Below, in pieces: positions 33,111 through 43,596 of a stretch of DNA of 64,000 bases. This stretch comes from an uncultured virus (IMG/VR IMGVR_UViG_3300045051_001511) (lineage: Duplodnaviria; Heunggongvirae; Uroviricota; Caudoviricetes). The DNA lies in the IMG/VR virus record IMGVR_UViG_3300045051_001511, one strand, 5' to 3'. Numbering within the stretch: the first letter of the stretch is position 1; each line of letters begins with the position of its first letter. Made by a program: the position numbers and the translations under genes. Under the pieces are notes generated by a model, which made no database searches, had not been told where the DNA came from, and saw nothing but the letters and a program-made list of their open reading frames with translations.

Positions 33111-35839
33111 GCGTCGACGCTGGATCGATCAACAGCGAAGTCCGCGTAAAGCTTTCAGCTTTGAATGCCGATATCGCGGCCTGCAAGACCGCCTTCGACA
33201 ACCTAGGCGCGGAGTTCGGGGCCTCGGCCGAAAAGTATTCCACCCTCGCAGGCAAGCGCTATGTGAACGCGCTTAAGACCGTGCAGACGGAGATGGCGAA
33301 CGTCGAAGGCGCGGCCAGGGCCGGGGCCCTCTCCGAGTCCCAGGCGGTCACCCGCCTTATCGAGCTCCGGCAGCGCGAGCTCAAGATCCTCCAGGACAAA
33401 GCCGTCAAGGAGGGCACGGCCTCGGCGGAGACGGTCAATGCCATCAAGAAGACCGAGACCGCTCTCTCGGCCCTAGAGGAGAAGGAAAAGATTCTCTCTT
33501 CCGGAGGTCAGGCCGGAGGCGGATTGCTCGCTACTTTCGGAGTTATGCGCGATGCCATGCTCGGTCCAATTGCGATAATAAAAGAGATCATCGCTGTTCT
33601 TGGCGCGCTTAAAGCAAAGAGCGATGAGATGGAAAATGCTTGGGCCGGACAAACCGAAGCTTCGTCATTGCTTGATGCTATCATAAAGCAAACAGGCGCT
33701 GATGCCTGGACAACGCGAGAGCATCTCGAAGAAATAGCGGGATCGCTGCAGAAGCTGACTAAGTTCGGCGATGAAGAAATTGAATCAATGCAGGGTGTTC
33801 TTCTTGGTTTCCGCAATATCCAAGGCGTAAACTTCGATCGCGCGACGGAAGATATCCTCGACATGGCGACCGTCATGAAGATGGACCTTACTTCCGCGGC
33901 GCAGGTTGTCGGAAAGGCGCTTGACAACCTCGATTATGATGGACTCGCGAGGCAGGGATTTAAATTCACCGAGCAAGAAAAAGCCCAGATGAAAGCCATG
34001 AAAGACTCGGGCGATCTCGTCGGCGCGCAAGTCATTATCATGAAGGAGCTTGAAAAGACATACGGGGGCGCATCGAAAGCTGTCGGTGAACTAGATGTCA
34101 ATCTAAAGACGAAGCTTAAAAACGCGATAGGCGATGTAAATGAGGAGATCGGGCGCTCGATCTCTCATACCCTTGCCCCATTTCGCGAGCGTTGGCTAAA
34201 GATCGCTGAAGCGGTCGGCGCCGCCGTCAAGGCGCAGAATGATTTTCGAGAGGCAATGGATAGAACCGAAGCCGGGACGGCGACGGTAGACGATGCCCTC
34301 ACGATTCTTAATATACGTCTATCTGAATGGAAGAAGGCCCAGGACGAGGCTACCGATCCCGCTGCGATCCGTATGTATCAGGAATACATCGATGCCGGGA
34401 ATAAGAAACTCGAGACCCAGACTAAATTGGCGGAAAAACTAGCCGCAGTAAAGAATGCACGTGATAAGAAAGAACAAGACGCCGCCGATTCAGAATTCAA
34501 AAAGCAGAAGGCGATCGATGATCAGGCGAAGCTCGATCTTGAAATAGCGACTGCCAGGTTGGAGCTCCAGAAAAAATATGGGGAGGCAACAGCGAAAATC
34601 AATCTCGACGTGAAGAACGGGCTTATGACGGAAGCCCAAGGTCGAGAAGCGATAATCAGCGCTATTAACTCCGAAATTGGAGGCCTTGAGGATCTTCAGC
34701 TCAAATATGGAAAGGACACGGGCGCGAATACGCAGAAGCGCATCGAGGGCCAAAAGGCCGCGCGAGACGCCCTCGTCATGGCCATAAGCGAGGAGGACCG
34801 AGCCCTTGCAGATAATACTGCCCTCGCGGAAGAGAACGCGAACAGAGTCGAAGAGGGCGCGAAATCGCAAGAGCATGCCTTCGTGGCGAATGTGGATGCG
34901 ACAGAGTCGGTCGAGCGGATGACAGCGGCGATTAAGGATCAGATAAGCCGTCTCGGTGGCCATAAGGATAAAACAGAAAACCAGGCGGCCGCTCTTATCG
35001 AACTGGCACTTTCGGCGGGAGTGAGCAAAGAGGCGATCGATGCTCTTCAGGCCGCATTAGATGAACTTGAGAATAAACTTGAACAAGAAAAGGCCCTTAA
35101 AGATTGGCAATCCCGCGTGGAATCGACGGCTAATTCCATGATCGATATCGTGAATGCCCTGACGACGGTTACGACGGAAGCGATCGATAAACAGATCGAG
35201 GCTCTCGATGCCCAATACGCCCATCAAAAAGAGCTTATCGAAAACGACGGCATGACAAAGCGCGAGGCCCTCGCCAAGCAGCTTGAAGAGGCGAAGGCCG
35301 CGGGGAAAAACGAAGTAGCCGTGAACCTTGAGAAGCAGATCGAATTACTTGACGCAGAGAAGGCCTACAACAAAAAGAAGGCCGCCCTTCAGTATCAGGC
35401 GGACATGGCGGCATGGAATGCCAAAAAGGCCAACGCGATAGTCGACGCCGCGCAACTTGTCATGAATGGACTTCTTACTCAACCCTTCCCGGTTGGCCTG
35501 GTAATGGGCGGCATCGCTGCGGCGGCCGGGGCTGCCCAGATAATCGCGATCGACGCGGCCAAGCCGACCATGCCGAACGCGGCAACCGGAGGGATCGTCA
35601 TCCCGAAGAGCGGGGGGGTCCCGATCAACACTGCAGAGAACGGACATCGTGAGCTTCTTCTCAATGATGGCCCCGAAGGAAGCGCATTTCTTGAGGCCTT
35701 CGCAGAGAGGATAGTCGGCGCAATGGGAAGGGCTTCGGCAGAGCCGATTGTCATACCGCTCTCGCTGACCGTCGACGGCAAGGTACTTGCAAAAGTCACG
35801 GCGCGATATTTCAACGATGGCCTGGTGGTGCTCAAATGA
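33107..35839 (+). CDS. Tape measure protein
   Basis: 910 aa, Ala/Lys/Glu-rich helical; C-terminal ATGGIV...AENG..E...L.VDGKVLA. Confidence 0.85.
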   Translation: MSVDAGSINSEVRVKLSALNADIAACKTAFDNLGAEFGASAEKYSTLAGKRYVNALKTVQTEMANVEGAARAGALSESQAVTRLIELRQRELKILQDKAVKEGTASAETVNAIKKTETALSALEEKEKILSSGGQAGGGLLATFGVMRDAMLGPIAIIKEIIAVLGALKAKSDEMENAWAGQTEASSLLDAIIKQTGADAWTTREHLEEIAGSLQKLTKFGDEEIESMQGVLLGFRNIQGVNFDRATEDILDMATVMKMDLTSAAQVVGKALDNLDYDGLARQGFKFTEQEKAQMKAMKDSGDLVGAQVIIMKELEKTYGGASKAVGELDVNLKTKLKNAIGDVNEEIGRSISHTLAPFRERWLKIAEAVGAAVKAQNDFREAMDRTEAGTATVDDALTILNIRLSEWKKAQDEATDPAAIRMYQEYIDAGNKKLETQTKLAEKLAAVKNARDKKEQDAADSEFKKQKAIDDQAKLDLEIATARLELQKKYGEATAKINLDVKNGLMTEAQGREAIISAINSEIGGLEDLQLKYGKDTGANTQKRIEGQKAARDALVMAISEEDRALADNTALAEENANRVEEGAKSQEHAFVANVDATESVERMTAAIKDQISRLGGHKDKTENQAAALIELALSAGVSKEAIDALQAALDELENKLEQEKALKDWQSRVESTANSMIDIVNALTTVTTEAIDKQIEALDAQYAHQKELIENDGMTKREALAKQLEEAKAAGKNEVAVNLEKQIELLDAEKAYNKKKAALQYQADMAAWNAKKANAIVDAAQLVMNGLLTQPFPVGLVMGGIAAAAGAAQIIAIDAAKPTMPNAATGGIVIPKSGGVPINTAENGHRELLLNDGPEGSAFLEAFAERIVGAMGRASAEPIVIPLSLTVDGKVLAKVTARYFNDGLVVLK

Positions 35840-36540
35840 AAATCCTTTTTGAAAACGGCGCGCTTTCCGCTACGCGCTCCTCGCTATTCCCGAACGGGAA
35901 CTACCCCCTAGAGAATATCGCGCATCCATTTTTGAAGAAAATCTACAAATCGACCGCTGACGAAGACACCGTCACGCTCGAATGGACATCCGCTAAAGTA
36001 GTTAATTGTGTCTATATTGCCTTCACCAATGCACAATCTATTGAGGCAAGACTCTACAATGCCGACGCAGTTCTCCTAAAGATCGTGAGTCTTTCCGCCT
36101 CGGATTTGGGATCGACCTTTCTTGCCGTGGCCGGAGTACGGAGAGCGACTTTCTCTTTCGTGGCCCCGACCGATGAATATCTCTACGTCGGATCAATTGG
36201 GATCGGAGAGAGTTATGCGATGCCAGATCCAATCGCGGACTGGAAAGATGGTGGTCTCGATAATTCGGTCAAAGGAAGATCGAAAGATGGGCAGGTGTGG
36301 ATTAGTAAGGTCCCGACGCTCAGACAATTCGGAGCTAATTTCAAGGTCTTCTCTTTCGAAGAGCATCAAGAAATAAAGGCGCTCGTATTTGCGCTTAGTA
36401 GGCCCGTATTCGTTGATCTTTTCGAAACTGCCCATTCAAAGATGCCCCCGCTCTATTGCGATATTGATGGTGGATTCGCCAACCCCACAAAGGGCGAGCG
36501 CCAGTTCACCTTCTCCCTGACCTTCGTGGAGGCCCGCTAA
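35836..36540 (+). CDS. Distal tail-like protein
   Basis: Position after tape measure; C-terminal FSLTFVEAR. Confidence 0.55.
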   Translation: MKILFENGALSATRSSLFPNGNYPLENIAHPFLKKIYKSTADEDTVTLEWTSAKVVNCVYIAFTNAQSIEARLYNADAVLLKIVSLSASDLGSTFLAVAGVRRATFSFVAPTDEYLYVGSIGIGESYAMPDPIADWKDGGLDNSVKGRSKDGQVWISKVPTLRQFGANFKVFSFEEHQEIKALVFALSRPVFVDLFETAHSKMPPLYCDIDGGFANPTKGERQFTFSLTFVEAR

Positions 36541-36541
36541 A

Positions 36542-37531
36542 ATGGCACTCAAAAAGATCACTGCCCCCGGATCGCCCGTTGAGTCCATTGCGGACTGGGA
36601 TGCGGTTGTCGCCCAGCTCGCGAATCTCGTGCTCGACAAGGAAGCACCGATTCGTGTATTAGGATCAAACATCTTGAAAGGCGCGATCTTCAATCACGGC
36701 GGAGCGCTCTATATTGCAGACGCGGACACGGCGATATCCGGATCGGCGAGCGACTATGTCAAGATCACAGCGTCTGGCGATGATGATGCATCGGCCGCTT
36801 TTGTCTCCGACCTAACCGGCGTCGATTGGGATTCGGCCTATAAGGGCTACTATGACGAAGCTGGAAATCTCTATGTCTTCGATGAACTCAAGGCGCTAGC
36901 TCTTGAAGCGATCTCGGTACCGAAGAAGGAAAGTCTAGGGATAAAGAACCTCGCCGAAAGATGGGCCGCGAAACTCGTTCAGGGGATTCCCGGCGTCCCG
37001 ACTATCGAAAGAATCGCGAGCGGGTCCGGGACCTGGACTGCACCGGCCGGCGTCTATCGATTCAAAGTGGCCTGTATCGGAGGCGGCGGAGGCGGAGCAA
37101 ACGGTAGCGGAGCGGCGGCCGGCGGCGGCGGCGCAGGCACGAAAGTGAGCGACGTCATAGGCGACATAATCGAATGCAATCCCGGCGACACCTTCGCCTA
37201 TGCGGTGGGCGAGGGCGGAGCCGGAGGGGTCGGCGCTGACGGCGCGGATGGACAGAACACGACCTTCGCTGGGGCTACGACTGGCCCAGGAAGCAAGGGC
37301 GGCGGACTTCCGCGGACCGGCGGCGCTCCAGGCGGAGCCAGGAATGGAAATCCTGCGGGCGATTCGGGCGGGCCTGGATGCGGGACCTGGGGTGGGAAAG
37401 GTGGAGGCGCCGGAGGAGCAGGAGCATATGATACAAACGGCGAGGACGGCGGCATTGGTGGCGGAGGCGGCGGAAGCGCTACCGGCTCAGGCGGCCATGG
37501 CGGTCGCGGCATGATCATCATCGAGTATTAG
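36542..37531 (+). CDS. Tail protein with glycine-rich domain
   Basis: SGTWTAPAGV...IGGGGGG...GGRGMIIIEY. Confidence 0.7.
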   Translation: MALKKITAPGSPVESIADWDAVVAQLANLVLDKEAPIRVLGSNILKGAIFNHGGALYIADADTAISGSASDYVKITASGDDDASAAFVSDLTGVDWDSAYKGYYDEAGNLYVFDELKALALEAISVPKKESLGIKNLAERWAAKLVQGIPGVPTIERIASGSGTWTAPAGVYRFKVACIGGGGGGANGSGAAAGGGGAGTKVSDVIGDIIECNPGDTFAYAVGEGGAGGVGADGADGQNTTFAGATTGPGSKGGGLPRTGGAPGGARNGNPAGDSGGPGCGTWGGKGGGAGGAGAYDTNGEDGGIGGGGGGSATGSGGHGGRGMIIIEY

Positions 37532-39364
37532 ATGCAGTTAGCCGAGCTCGTCCGAAGCGGATCCTTCAGACTCCAGCCTTCATCCGTTTATCCTTTCGTC
37601 TATGCAGCGAAAGTGACGAGCTATACCTATGCCCCTTTCTGGATGAACGTCATCGGCGCGCCGGACGATTCGATCCATGTCCGCCAAAACGTTAAGCAGA
37701 TAACGCGCACATATCTTAACAAATATGCGAAAATGGAAAGCTACGAAAACTGCAAAGCGCAGGAGGCTAGCTTCTATTTCGATGATCCGACGCAGACGGT
37801 CTATATTCACATGGAGCATTCCGAAACGCCCTGGACCTCGACTCTCGGTTATGGGTTCGCATTCGGCATGACCGACGAAGAGGTGCTTTATATTGATGAT
37901 TATGAATATCTCCCTCTCATCGAATCGCTGCCTAGCCTTGAACGCCAGGCTGATATTATTAACGCGACCAAAATATCCGGAGCCGCAGGGAATGCCGAGC
38001 TCCTCAATATTGCGGTAGGCGATGACGGCCCCCTTGATTTCCTTATTGACGAGAATCTCTATGGAAACGACTTTTTTGTATTTGCCTACGATAAGGCGAC
38101 AGGCGTAAAAATGCCGCGAGCAGCTTTCTTCATCGAGGATTACACCTTTAGCCGTTCGCGCGTCACGCTCGATCTGCAAGACAAGCGAAAAGCCCAGAAT
38201 ATAAAAATACCAACTAATAGATATGATAAGGAGACATATCCATTCCTCGACGACGGAGATGTTGGCAAGATTATTCCATTGGCTTATGGCGTCCTCGGCG
38301 AAATTCCGCTCACGGCGATTAATGCGAATGATCGAGTGGACATCCCCGCTGTAAAAGCGCAGTATAGGATGCCAGACGGATTATCGGACATTGGCAGTGC
38401 TTATGTTTGGACTGGGGACAAAACCTGGAGCCCGGCAGTCAACCCTATTGCTGACTTTTCCACCATGATTCTGACAATCGATAATGGCCGAGATTCGAAC
38501 GGCGCAACGCTCAAAGTAAAGCTTGTCGGATGCAAGGGCATCATGTTCTCTGGGCATTCGTATCCCGCTGACATTATTCGCGACCTAAATTCGCGATTCC
38601 TCAACCTCGCCTTTACTTCCTCCAATTATGATATTACTGAATGGACCGCCGAGGCTGCCTCTCCCCTTATCGCCGCAGACATCGGTTTTATTCTTCAGGA
38701 TCAGAAGCAATTATTCGATGTTATCTTTGATATTACAAATAAATCGAAAACAATATTTCGTTATGAATATACGCCTGATGATCGAATAACGATCCGAGTT
38801 CGTGATTTCGATAGGCCGGCATCAGCTTTCATCCAGTCTTGCGATATCAAGAATCGCGACGAACTTCCGGTTGAGACCGACAAATCGAATGTTTTCGCGG
38901 AAGTAATAGAGAAATACGAGCATAGCTATATCACCGGCACAAGCAAGGCTGTCGTCAATAGAGATCATAAAGCGGAGGTTATTGCCAATTATCGAATGGA
39001 GCCTTCTCTCGAAGAGCCTGTTGACGGATTGTCTTTTCTTGCATTTGAGTCCGATGCGCGATATAGAGCATTAACACATGCTTCTTCCTATTCTTCGATT
39101 CCAAGAATAGCGAAGCTCGAGCTTGTTGATTATTTGGATTTGAAAATATTTGATATTATTTATGCAGATATGTCGGCAGACGACACCGATCCCAAAGCTA
39201 GGGAATATTTCGGGCCGCGACTACTGCTCGTGCTTTCTGTCAATCCGAATGATACGACAGGCATAAATAGCATAACCGCACAAATCAAAAAGCTTTATCC
39301 AATGCTTGATGAGAGCGGTGAAGAAATCCTCTTCGAAGATTTTAGCAACTGGATGGAGGAATAA
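37532..39364 (+). CDS. Tail tip/hub protein
   Basis: GKIIPLAYG motif; position. Confidence 0.6.
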   Translation: MQLAELVRSGSFRLQPSSVYPFVYAAKVTSYTYAPFWMNVIGAPDDSIHVRQNVKQITRTYLNKYAKMESYENCKAQEASFYFDDPTQTVYIHMEHSETPWTSTLGYGFAFGMTDEEVLYIDDYEYLPLIESLPSLERQADIINATKISGAAGNAELLNIAVGDDGPLDFLIDENLYGNDFFVFAYDKATGVKMPRAAFFIEDYTFSRSRVTLDLQDKRKAQNIKIPTNRYDKETYPFLDDGDVGKIIPLAYGVLGEIPLTAINANDRVDIPAVKAQYRMPDGLSDIGSAYVWTGDKTWSPAVNPIADFSTMILTIDNGRDSNGATLKVKLVGCKGIMFSGHSYPADIIRDLNSRFLNLAFTSSNYDITEWTAEAASPLIAADIGFILQDQKQLFDVIFDITNKSKTIFRYEYTPDDRITIRVRDFDRPASAFIQSCDIKNRDELPVETDKSNVFAEVIEKYEHSYITGTSKAVVNRDHKAEVIANYRMEPSLEEPVDGLSFLAFESDARYRALTHASSYSSIPRIAKLELVDYLDLKIFDIIYADMSADDTDPKAREYFGPRLLLVLSVNPNDTTGINSITAQIKKLYPMLDESGEEILFEDFSNWMEE

Positions 39365-39365
39365 T

Positions 39366-41816
39366 ATGACGGGAAAAAGAGTCTCCGATCGAGCGGCCCT
39401 TGATTCAAACGAGATCGACGGATCCGAGTACCTTCCCGTTGTACGCTCAGGGCAGACATTTAAGGCGAAGATAAGCTCGATCATAAGCAATGCCGCTCGG
39501 GTTGCCATGGAGATCGTTGGGGCGCTTGGCGTCGAGGGCCAGGTCCTTGCGATTAAAGCAGATCGATCCGGCGTAGAATGGCAGACAGTTCCGGGGATTT
39601 CGATTGAGCCCATGGCGAACCTTGCTGCTTTCCCGAATCCGGGCCTGATAAATATACGGTATAAGGATCTGTCGAATGCGAAGATTTATCAGTGGACCGG
39701 CGCTGGAACGGGATCGGGACCGGGCTCGGGCTATACTGAAGTATCTGCATCGCTGGCACTCGGCGAGACTTCGGCTTCGGCCTATCGAGGTGATCTAGGA
39801 AAAGAAGCCTCGCTAAGATCTAGCAAGGCTCCGAAAATAGTGCCTAGTCCAGATGGCGATAATAATAATTATGTTTCCAACTTCTCAGATAGCATTGATG
39901 GTTGGGCTTTGCAGCATGAGTCCACGGGGACGCTTTCTATAATCGATGGGGTTCTTAGATTTTCTCGTGTCGCTGCGGGGTATATTTCTCGAGCGCAGGC
40001 GATCGAAAGCGGCGACAAGGCATATTTCTATTTTAGGGTTACAGGAACTCCGCCCGATAATTACCTAACTATAAGAGGATTATCATCGGGACATTCGAGC
40101 TTTGTTCCTTTTGAACTTGGGGAAATAACCTATGCCGAGCTTGACTCGCCACCGGAAACGTCTTCTAGCGTTATCATTTGGGCAGGATCCGGCTATACCG
40201 GAAGCGAAGCATATTTACTCGAGATTTTTGGAATAACCATTGGGGATGGTTCATATAGCAACCATGGCCTCAGTAGACTAATTTTCGATAAACTACAGAA
40301 TAATGAGTTTGTCCGAGCGCACGATGCCGCCATAGCATATTCGGGCAATGCCCCCGTTCCTAATGGTGTGGGGAATGTATATCTATCGAACTTTGAGACT
40401 GGAATAGATTCGTTTTATGCTAGCAATGCGAATGGAAGCCTTACTGTCGAAAATGGGGAACTCGTTTTAACGCGAAGTGGAGCATGCTATTTTGGGAAAG
40501 CCGTGGCCGTCTTAGCGCGGCAAAAGCTATCCATACGATTCAAAGTAACAGGATCGCCAATTTCAAATATATTAGCAATTAGGTCGTTGTCTCTTGGCGC
40601 TACCCAGTTTATTCCTTTTGTGCTTGGTGAAGAAACGACAATTCAGCTCGATAAACCACTTCCAACAACCTCCGATTTGCTATTCTGGGCTGGCGATTCG
40701 TATTCTGGCTCCGAATCATACGTAATTCGTATTTATGGATTAAGCGTAGGCGATGGAAGTTTCAAGCCTAGGCAATTACTACAAAAAGCGAGCGATGAGG
40801 CGAACAGGCGGCCATCGCTTGATGGCCTTGCACTAACACATCAATATGCGATAGTCGGGCGCGAATATAATTTATATTTCGACAACCTCCTGGCGGAGGA
40901 TGCCTCCGATTATTATTGGGACGTAGCATGCTCAATAGGAAAGCAGGAAAATGATCGTTTCACGGTAATCCCCTCTGCCCCTGGCATCCAATCTCTGGCC
41001 ATCTATGCCTATGACAAGAAGACCTATTCCTTGGTTTACTATTGGAAGGGATATCTTTATATTGCAGATTCGACAAAGACAGCCACTGCTCCGAAGCTTT
41101 GCCTCATAGGCGATTCCACCACCGCCAACGGCGTTGTTGCAGAAGAAATATCCGCGCTATTTGCGGCAGATTCCTATATGGATATTGAACTCATAGGCAC
41201 GAAAGGGACCGCTCCCGCGTTGCATGAGGGTATTTCGGGGTGGAGATTATCTCAATTTGCCGGGAATCTATCGCCATTCTGGGATGGGTCTGCCATTAAT
41301 TTCGCTTGGTATATTTCACACAATTCGCTCTCGGGTTGTACTTTGGCAATAATCAATCTGGGTATAAATGATGTATTCAATTACACCGACGATGCCACGC
41401 TCGAATCGGCTATTGGTACCATGTTAGCGGATCTCGAAACTTTGATTTCCTCAATGCAGGCTTATAATGCGAGCATAAAAATAGGTATAGCATTAACGAC
41501 GCCACCTTCGCGCTATCAGGACGCGTTCGGAAATTCTTATGGAGCCGAGCAGACTCGGCGCAGATTCAAGCGAAATCTCGCAATTTGGTGGAAGAGGCTT
41601 TATTTACAGGTAAGGAATAGAACAAATATCATTATTGTGCCATATAACGCCTGTCTTGACACAATTAATAATATGCAATATGGATCCGCTGTGCCTGTAA
41701 ACTCAAGAAATACTGGCGTAACAATTACCAAGCAAAACAATGGCGTACATCCGGCGTCATCTGGGTATTATCAGGTTGCCGACGCGCTTTACGCAATGAT
41801 TAAGTACGTTATATAG
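39366..41816 (+). CDS. Tail fibre/receptor-binding protein with duplicated beta domain and SGNH esterase
   Basis: SLALGETSASAYRGD tail motif; two internal repeats; IGDS, HEGISGW, LGIND, GVHP. Confidence 0.75.
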   Translation: MTGKRVSDRAALDSNEIDGSEYLPVVRSGQTFKAKISSIISNAARVAMEIVGALGVEGQVLAIKADRSGVEWQTVPGISIEPMANLAAFPNPGLINIRYKDLSNAKIYQWTGAGTGSGPGSGYTEVSASLALGETSASAYRGDLGKEASLRSSKAPKIVPSPDGDNNNYVSNFSDSIDGWALQHESTGTLSIIDGVLRFSRVAAGYISRAQAIESGDKAYFYFRVTGTPPDNYLTIRGLSSGHSSFVPFELGEITYAELDSPPETSSSVIIWAGSGYTGSEAYLLEIFGITIGDGSYSNHGLSRLIFDKLQNNEFVRAHDAAIAYSGNAPVPNGVGNVYLSNFETGIDSFYASNANGSLTVENGELVLTRSGACYFGKAVAVLARQKLSIRFKVTGSPISNILAIRSLSLGATQFIPFVLGEETTIQLDKPLPTTSDLLFWAGDSYSGSESYVIRIYGLSVGDGSFKPRQLLQKASDEANRRPSLDGLALTHQYAIVGREYNLYFDNLLAEDASDYYWDVACSIGKQENDRFTVIPSAPGIQSLAIYAYDKKTYSLVYYWKGYLYIADSTKTATAPKLCLIGDSTTANGVVAEEISALFAADSYMDIELIGTKGTAPALHEGISGWRLSQFAGNLSPFWDGSAINFAWYISHNSLSGCTLAIINLGINDVFNYTDDATLESAIGTMLADLETLISSMQAYNASIKIGIALTTPPSRYQDAFGNSYGAEQTRRRFKRNLAIWWKRLYLQVRNRTNIIIVPYNACLDTINNMQYGSAVPVNSRNTGVTITKQNNGVHPASSGYYQVADALYAMIKYVI

Positions 41817-41825
41817 GGGGATCAA

Positions 41826-42440
41826 ATGCAGATATTCGATGATATTCTTGATGAGAACATTTTCTCGCGGCCTGGAAAGTTGCTCGATCGCGTCGAGATA
41901 ATCGTCGTACATGGCATCGGAAATCCGGGCCAGGGGCCGCGGGGCGCAAGGGATTATTGGAACGGCTTGAAGAATCAGAATCAGGCCGACCTTCTCCCGG
42001 ACATCTCTGCCTCGGCTCACGCGATCATTGGCTTCGATGGATCCGCCCTACGGACGATTCCCGAGATCGAAAAGGCCTTCCACTGCGGCGGCGCGAACTA
42101 CACCGCAATCGCGAAGGAATTGCTGGGCTCGTATTGCTCTCCCGACTCGAGCCCGAACCGCGTCGCGCTCGGCGTTGAGTTCTGCCACCCGGGTGGAGAT
42201 GGCAAACCGCTTCCCGCTACCGAGGCCGGCCTTATCGAATACGTACGGGATCTATGCATTCGCTACAATCGCGATCCCGGCCGTCATGTCCGCATGCATG
42301 GGGAGATCACGGGGAAGGTGTGCCCGAAGTGGTATTTCGAGCACCCCGAGGAGTGGGCCCGATTCCTCCGCCTCCTCCGCGCCGAGACGGAGTGGGCGAA
42401 GTCCCAGCCCGCGCACATCGGCAAAGGGGCCCTCGCATGA
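41826..42440 (+). CDS. Endolysin, N-acetylmuramoyl-L-alanine amidase (Amidase_2)
   Basis: IVVH, SAH, AFHCG, GVEFC, H..ITGKVCP. Confidence 0.9.
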   Translation: MQIFDDILDENIFSRPGKLLDRVEIIVVHGIGNPGQGPRGARDYWNGLKNQNQADLLPDISASAHAIIGFDGSALRTIPEIEKAFHCGGANYTAIAKELLGSYCSPDSSPNRVALGVEFCHPGGDGKPLPATEAGLIEYVRDLCIRYNRDPGRHVRMHGEITGKVCPKWYFEHPEEWARFLRLLRAETEWAKSQPAHIGKGALA

Positions 42441-42712
42441 TCACCTTATCCGCGCTCCGCGAGGCGCCGGTCGATGGCAAGCCTGGCCCCTTCAGTTTCC
42501 GGCGCTGCGCCTCGGTCTACCTCCTGGCCGCAGCTGTCGCCCTCTTCGTCCTCGGCCTCGAGACGGCGAAGACCCTGCCCGCGTCCGTCCCGGGCTGGGT
42601 CGTCCTTGTCCCGGGCGCCCTCTGCCTCGGCGGGGCGATCCTCATGCCCATCCTGACCACCATCGCCGACGTCGTCCAGTTCGTGCAGGCTGCCCGCGGG
42701 GGCAAGCCATGA
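42437..42712 (+). CDS. Holin candidate (2 TM)
   Basis: Two hydrophobic helices, coupled to the endolysin. Confidence 0.65.
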   Translation: MITLSALREAPVDGKPGPFSFRRCASVYLLAAAVALFVLGLETAKTLPASVPGWVVLVPGALCLGGAILMPILTTIADVVQFVQAARGGKP

Positions 42713-43266
42713 GGAGGTGTCTATGTCTCGCGCTCGTCCTTTCCTTATCGGCGCTCTGGTCGGCCTTATCCTGGGCGCAGGAGGTATCGCAGCCCTCGAT
42801 CGTATCCCCTCCGGAAGCCTCGGCCGCAGCCTCGCAGACGCCCGAGGCGAGCTGGATGAAGCTCGACGGGATGCTCGAGGAGCTCGAAAAGAAAGCGATC
42901 TCCTCCGCCGAGAGATCGGAGAATCTGGCGCTACAGCTAAAGCAATCGCAGGCCGACTCGGAAGAGCTGTCGCAGAAGCTGTCAGCCTCGGAAGCGAGGG
43001 CCGCGGCCTTGTCCTCCTCGCTCATGCGTGTCGAGTCGAGCTTGCAGGCCTCCTCGGAGGATCTCTTCAAGGCGGAGGCCCAGGCCCGGCGCCGTAGCCT
43101 AGAGGCGGGCCTCTGGCGCATCGCCGCGCTGTCCTTGGGCTCCGCGCTTGCCGGGAGCCTCCTGGACGCAGTGCCGGGCCGGGGCGCTGCCTGGGGCGCG
43201 GGGATTGGAGCGGCGGCCGGCGGGGTTTGGCTCGTCGTGGAGCTCTGGCCCAAAGGTATCAAATAG
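42709..43266 (+). CDS. Spanin-like protein (signal peptide, coiled coil, C-terminal hydrophobic segments)
   Basis: MRRCLCLALVLSLSALWSALSWA; Gly-zipper C-terminus; lysis cassette position. Confidence 0.6.
   Translation: MRRCLCLALVLSLSALWSALSWAQEVSQPSIVSPPEASAAASQTPEASWMKLDGMLEELEKKAISSAERSENLALQLKQSQADSEELSQKLSASEARAAALSSSLMRVESSLQASSEDLFKAEAQARRRSLEAGLWRIAALSLGSALAGSLLDAVPGRGAAWGAGIGAAAGGVWLVVELWPKGIK
42723..43097 (+). CDS. Nested i-spanin-like protein in an alternative frame
   Basis: Own RBS AGGAGG at 42712; N-terminal TM FLIGALVGLILGAGGIAAL plus coiled coil. Confidence 0.55.
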   Translation: MSRARPFLIGALVGLILGAGGIAALDRIPSGSLGRSLADARGELDEARRDARGARKESDLLRREIGESGATAKAIAGRLGRAVAEAVSLGSEGRGLVLLAHACRVELAGLLGGSLQGGGPGPAP

Positions 43267-43289
43267 CCGAAAGGCGAAGGAGAATAGTG

Positions 43290-43547
43290 ATGCTCGGAAA
43301 GATGATGCTCTACAAGATGAGGAAGGACGATGCACGCCCCGCCGGCGGTGGCAACCAGAACAGCCCGGGGGATCTCGTCCCCGCGATCATCACGGCGGTA
43401 TGGCCGGACGAATTCGCAGGCGAGAACGGAGGGCGAGTTCCCGGCTACAACATCACAGTATTTCCTGATGGCCGCGAGACCCTCTGGCGGACATCGGTCA
43501 AGATCGGTGACGAGGAAGGCGAGCTTCGGCCGATGCCGGAGGAATGA
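43290..43547 (+). CDS. Hypothetical phage protein
   Basis: RBS AAGGAG; PAIITAVW...NITVFPDG..LWRTSV. Confidence 0.65.
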   Translation: MLGKMMLYKMRKDDARPAGGGNQNSPGDLVPAIITAVWPDEFAGENGGRVPGYNITVFPDGRETLWRTSVKIGDEEGELRPMPEE

Positions 43548-43596
43548 TCTAGCCCGCGATTCGCTACCGCAGGACGTGCAGGGGACCACATAGTCC

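Noticed and set aside
37080..37510. GGC-rich repeats
   Set aside because: Explained by the glycine-rich tail domain.
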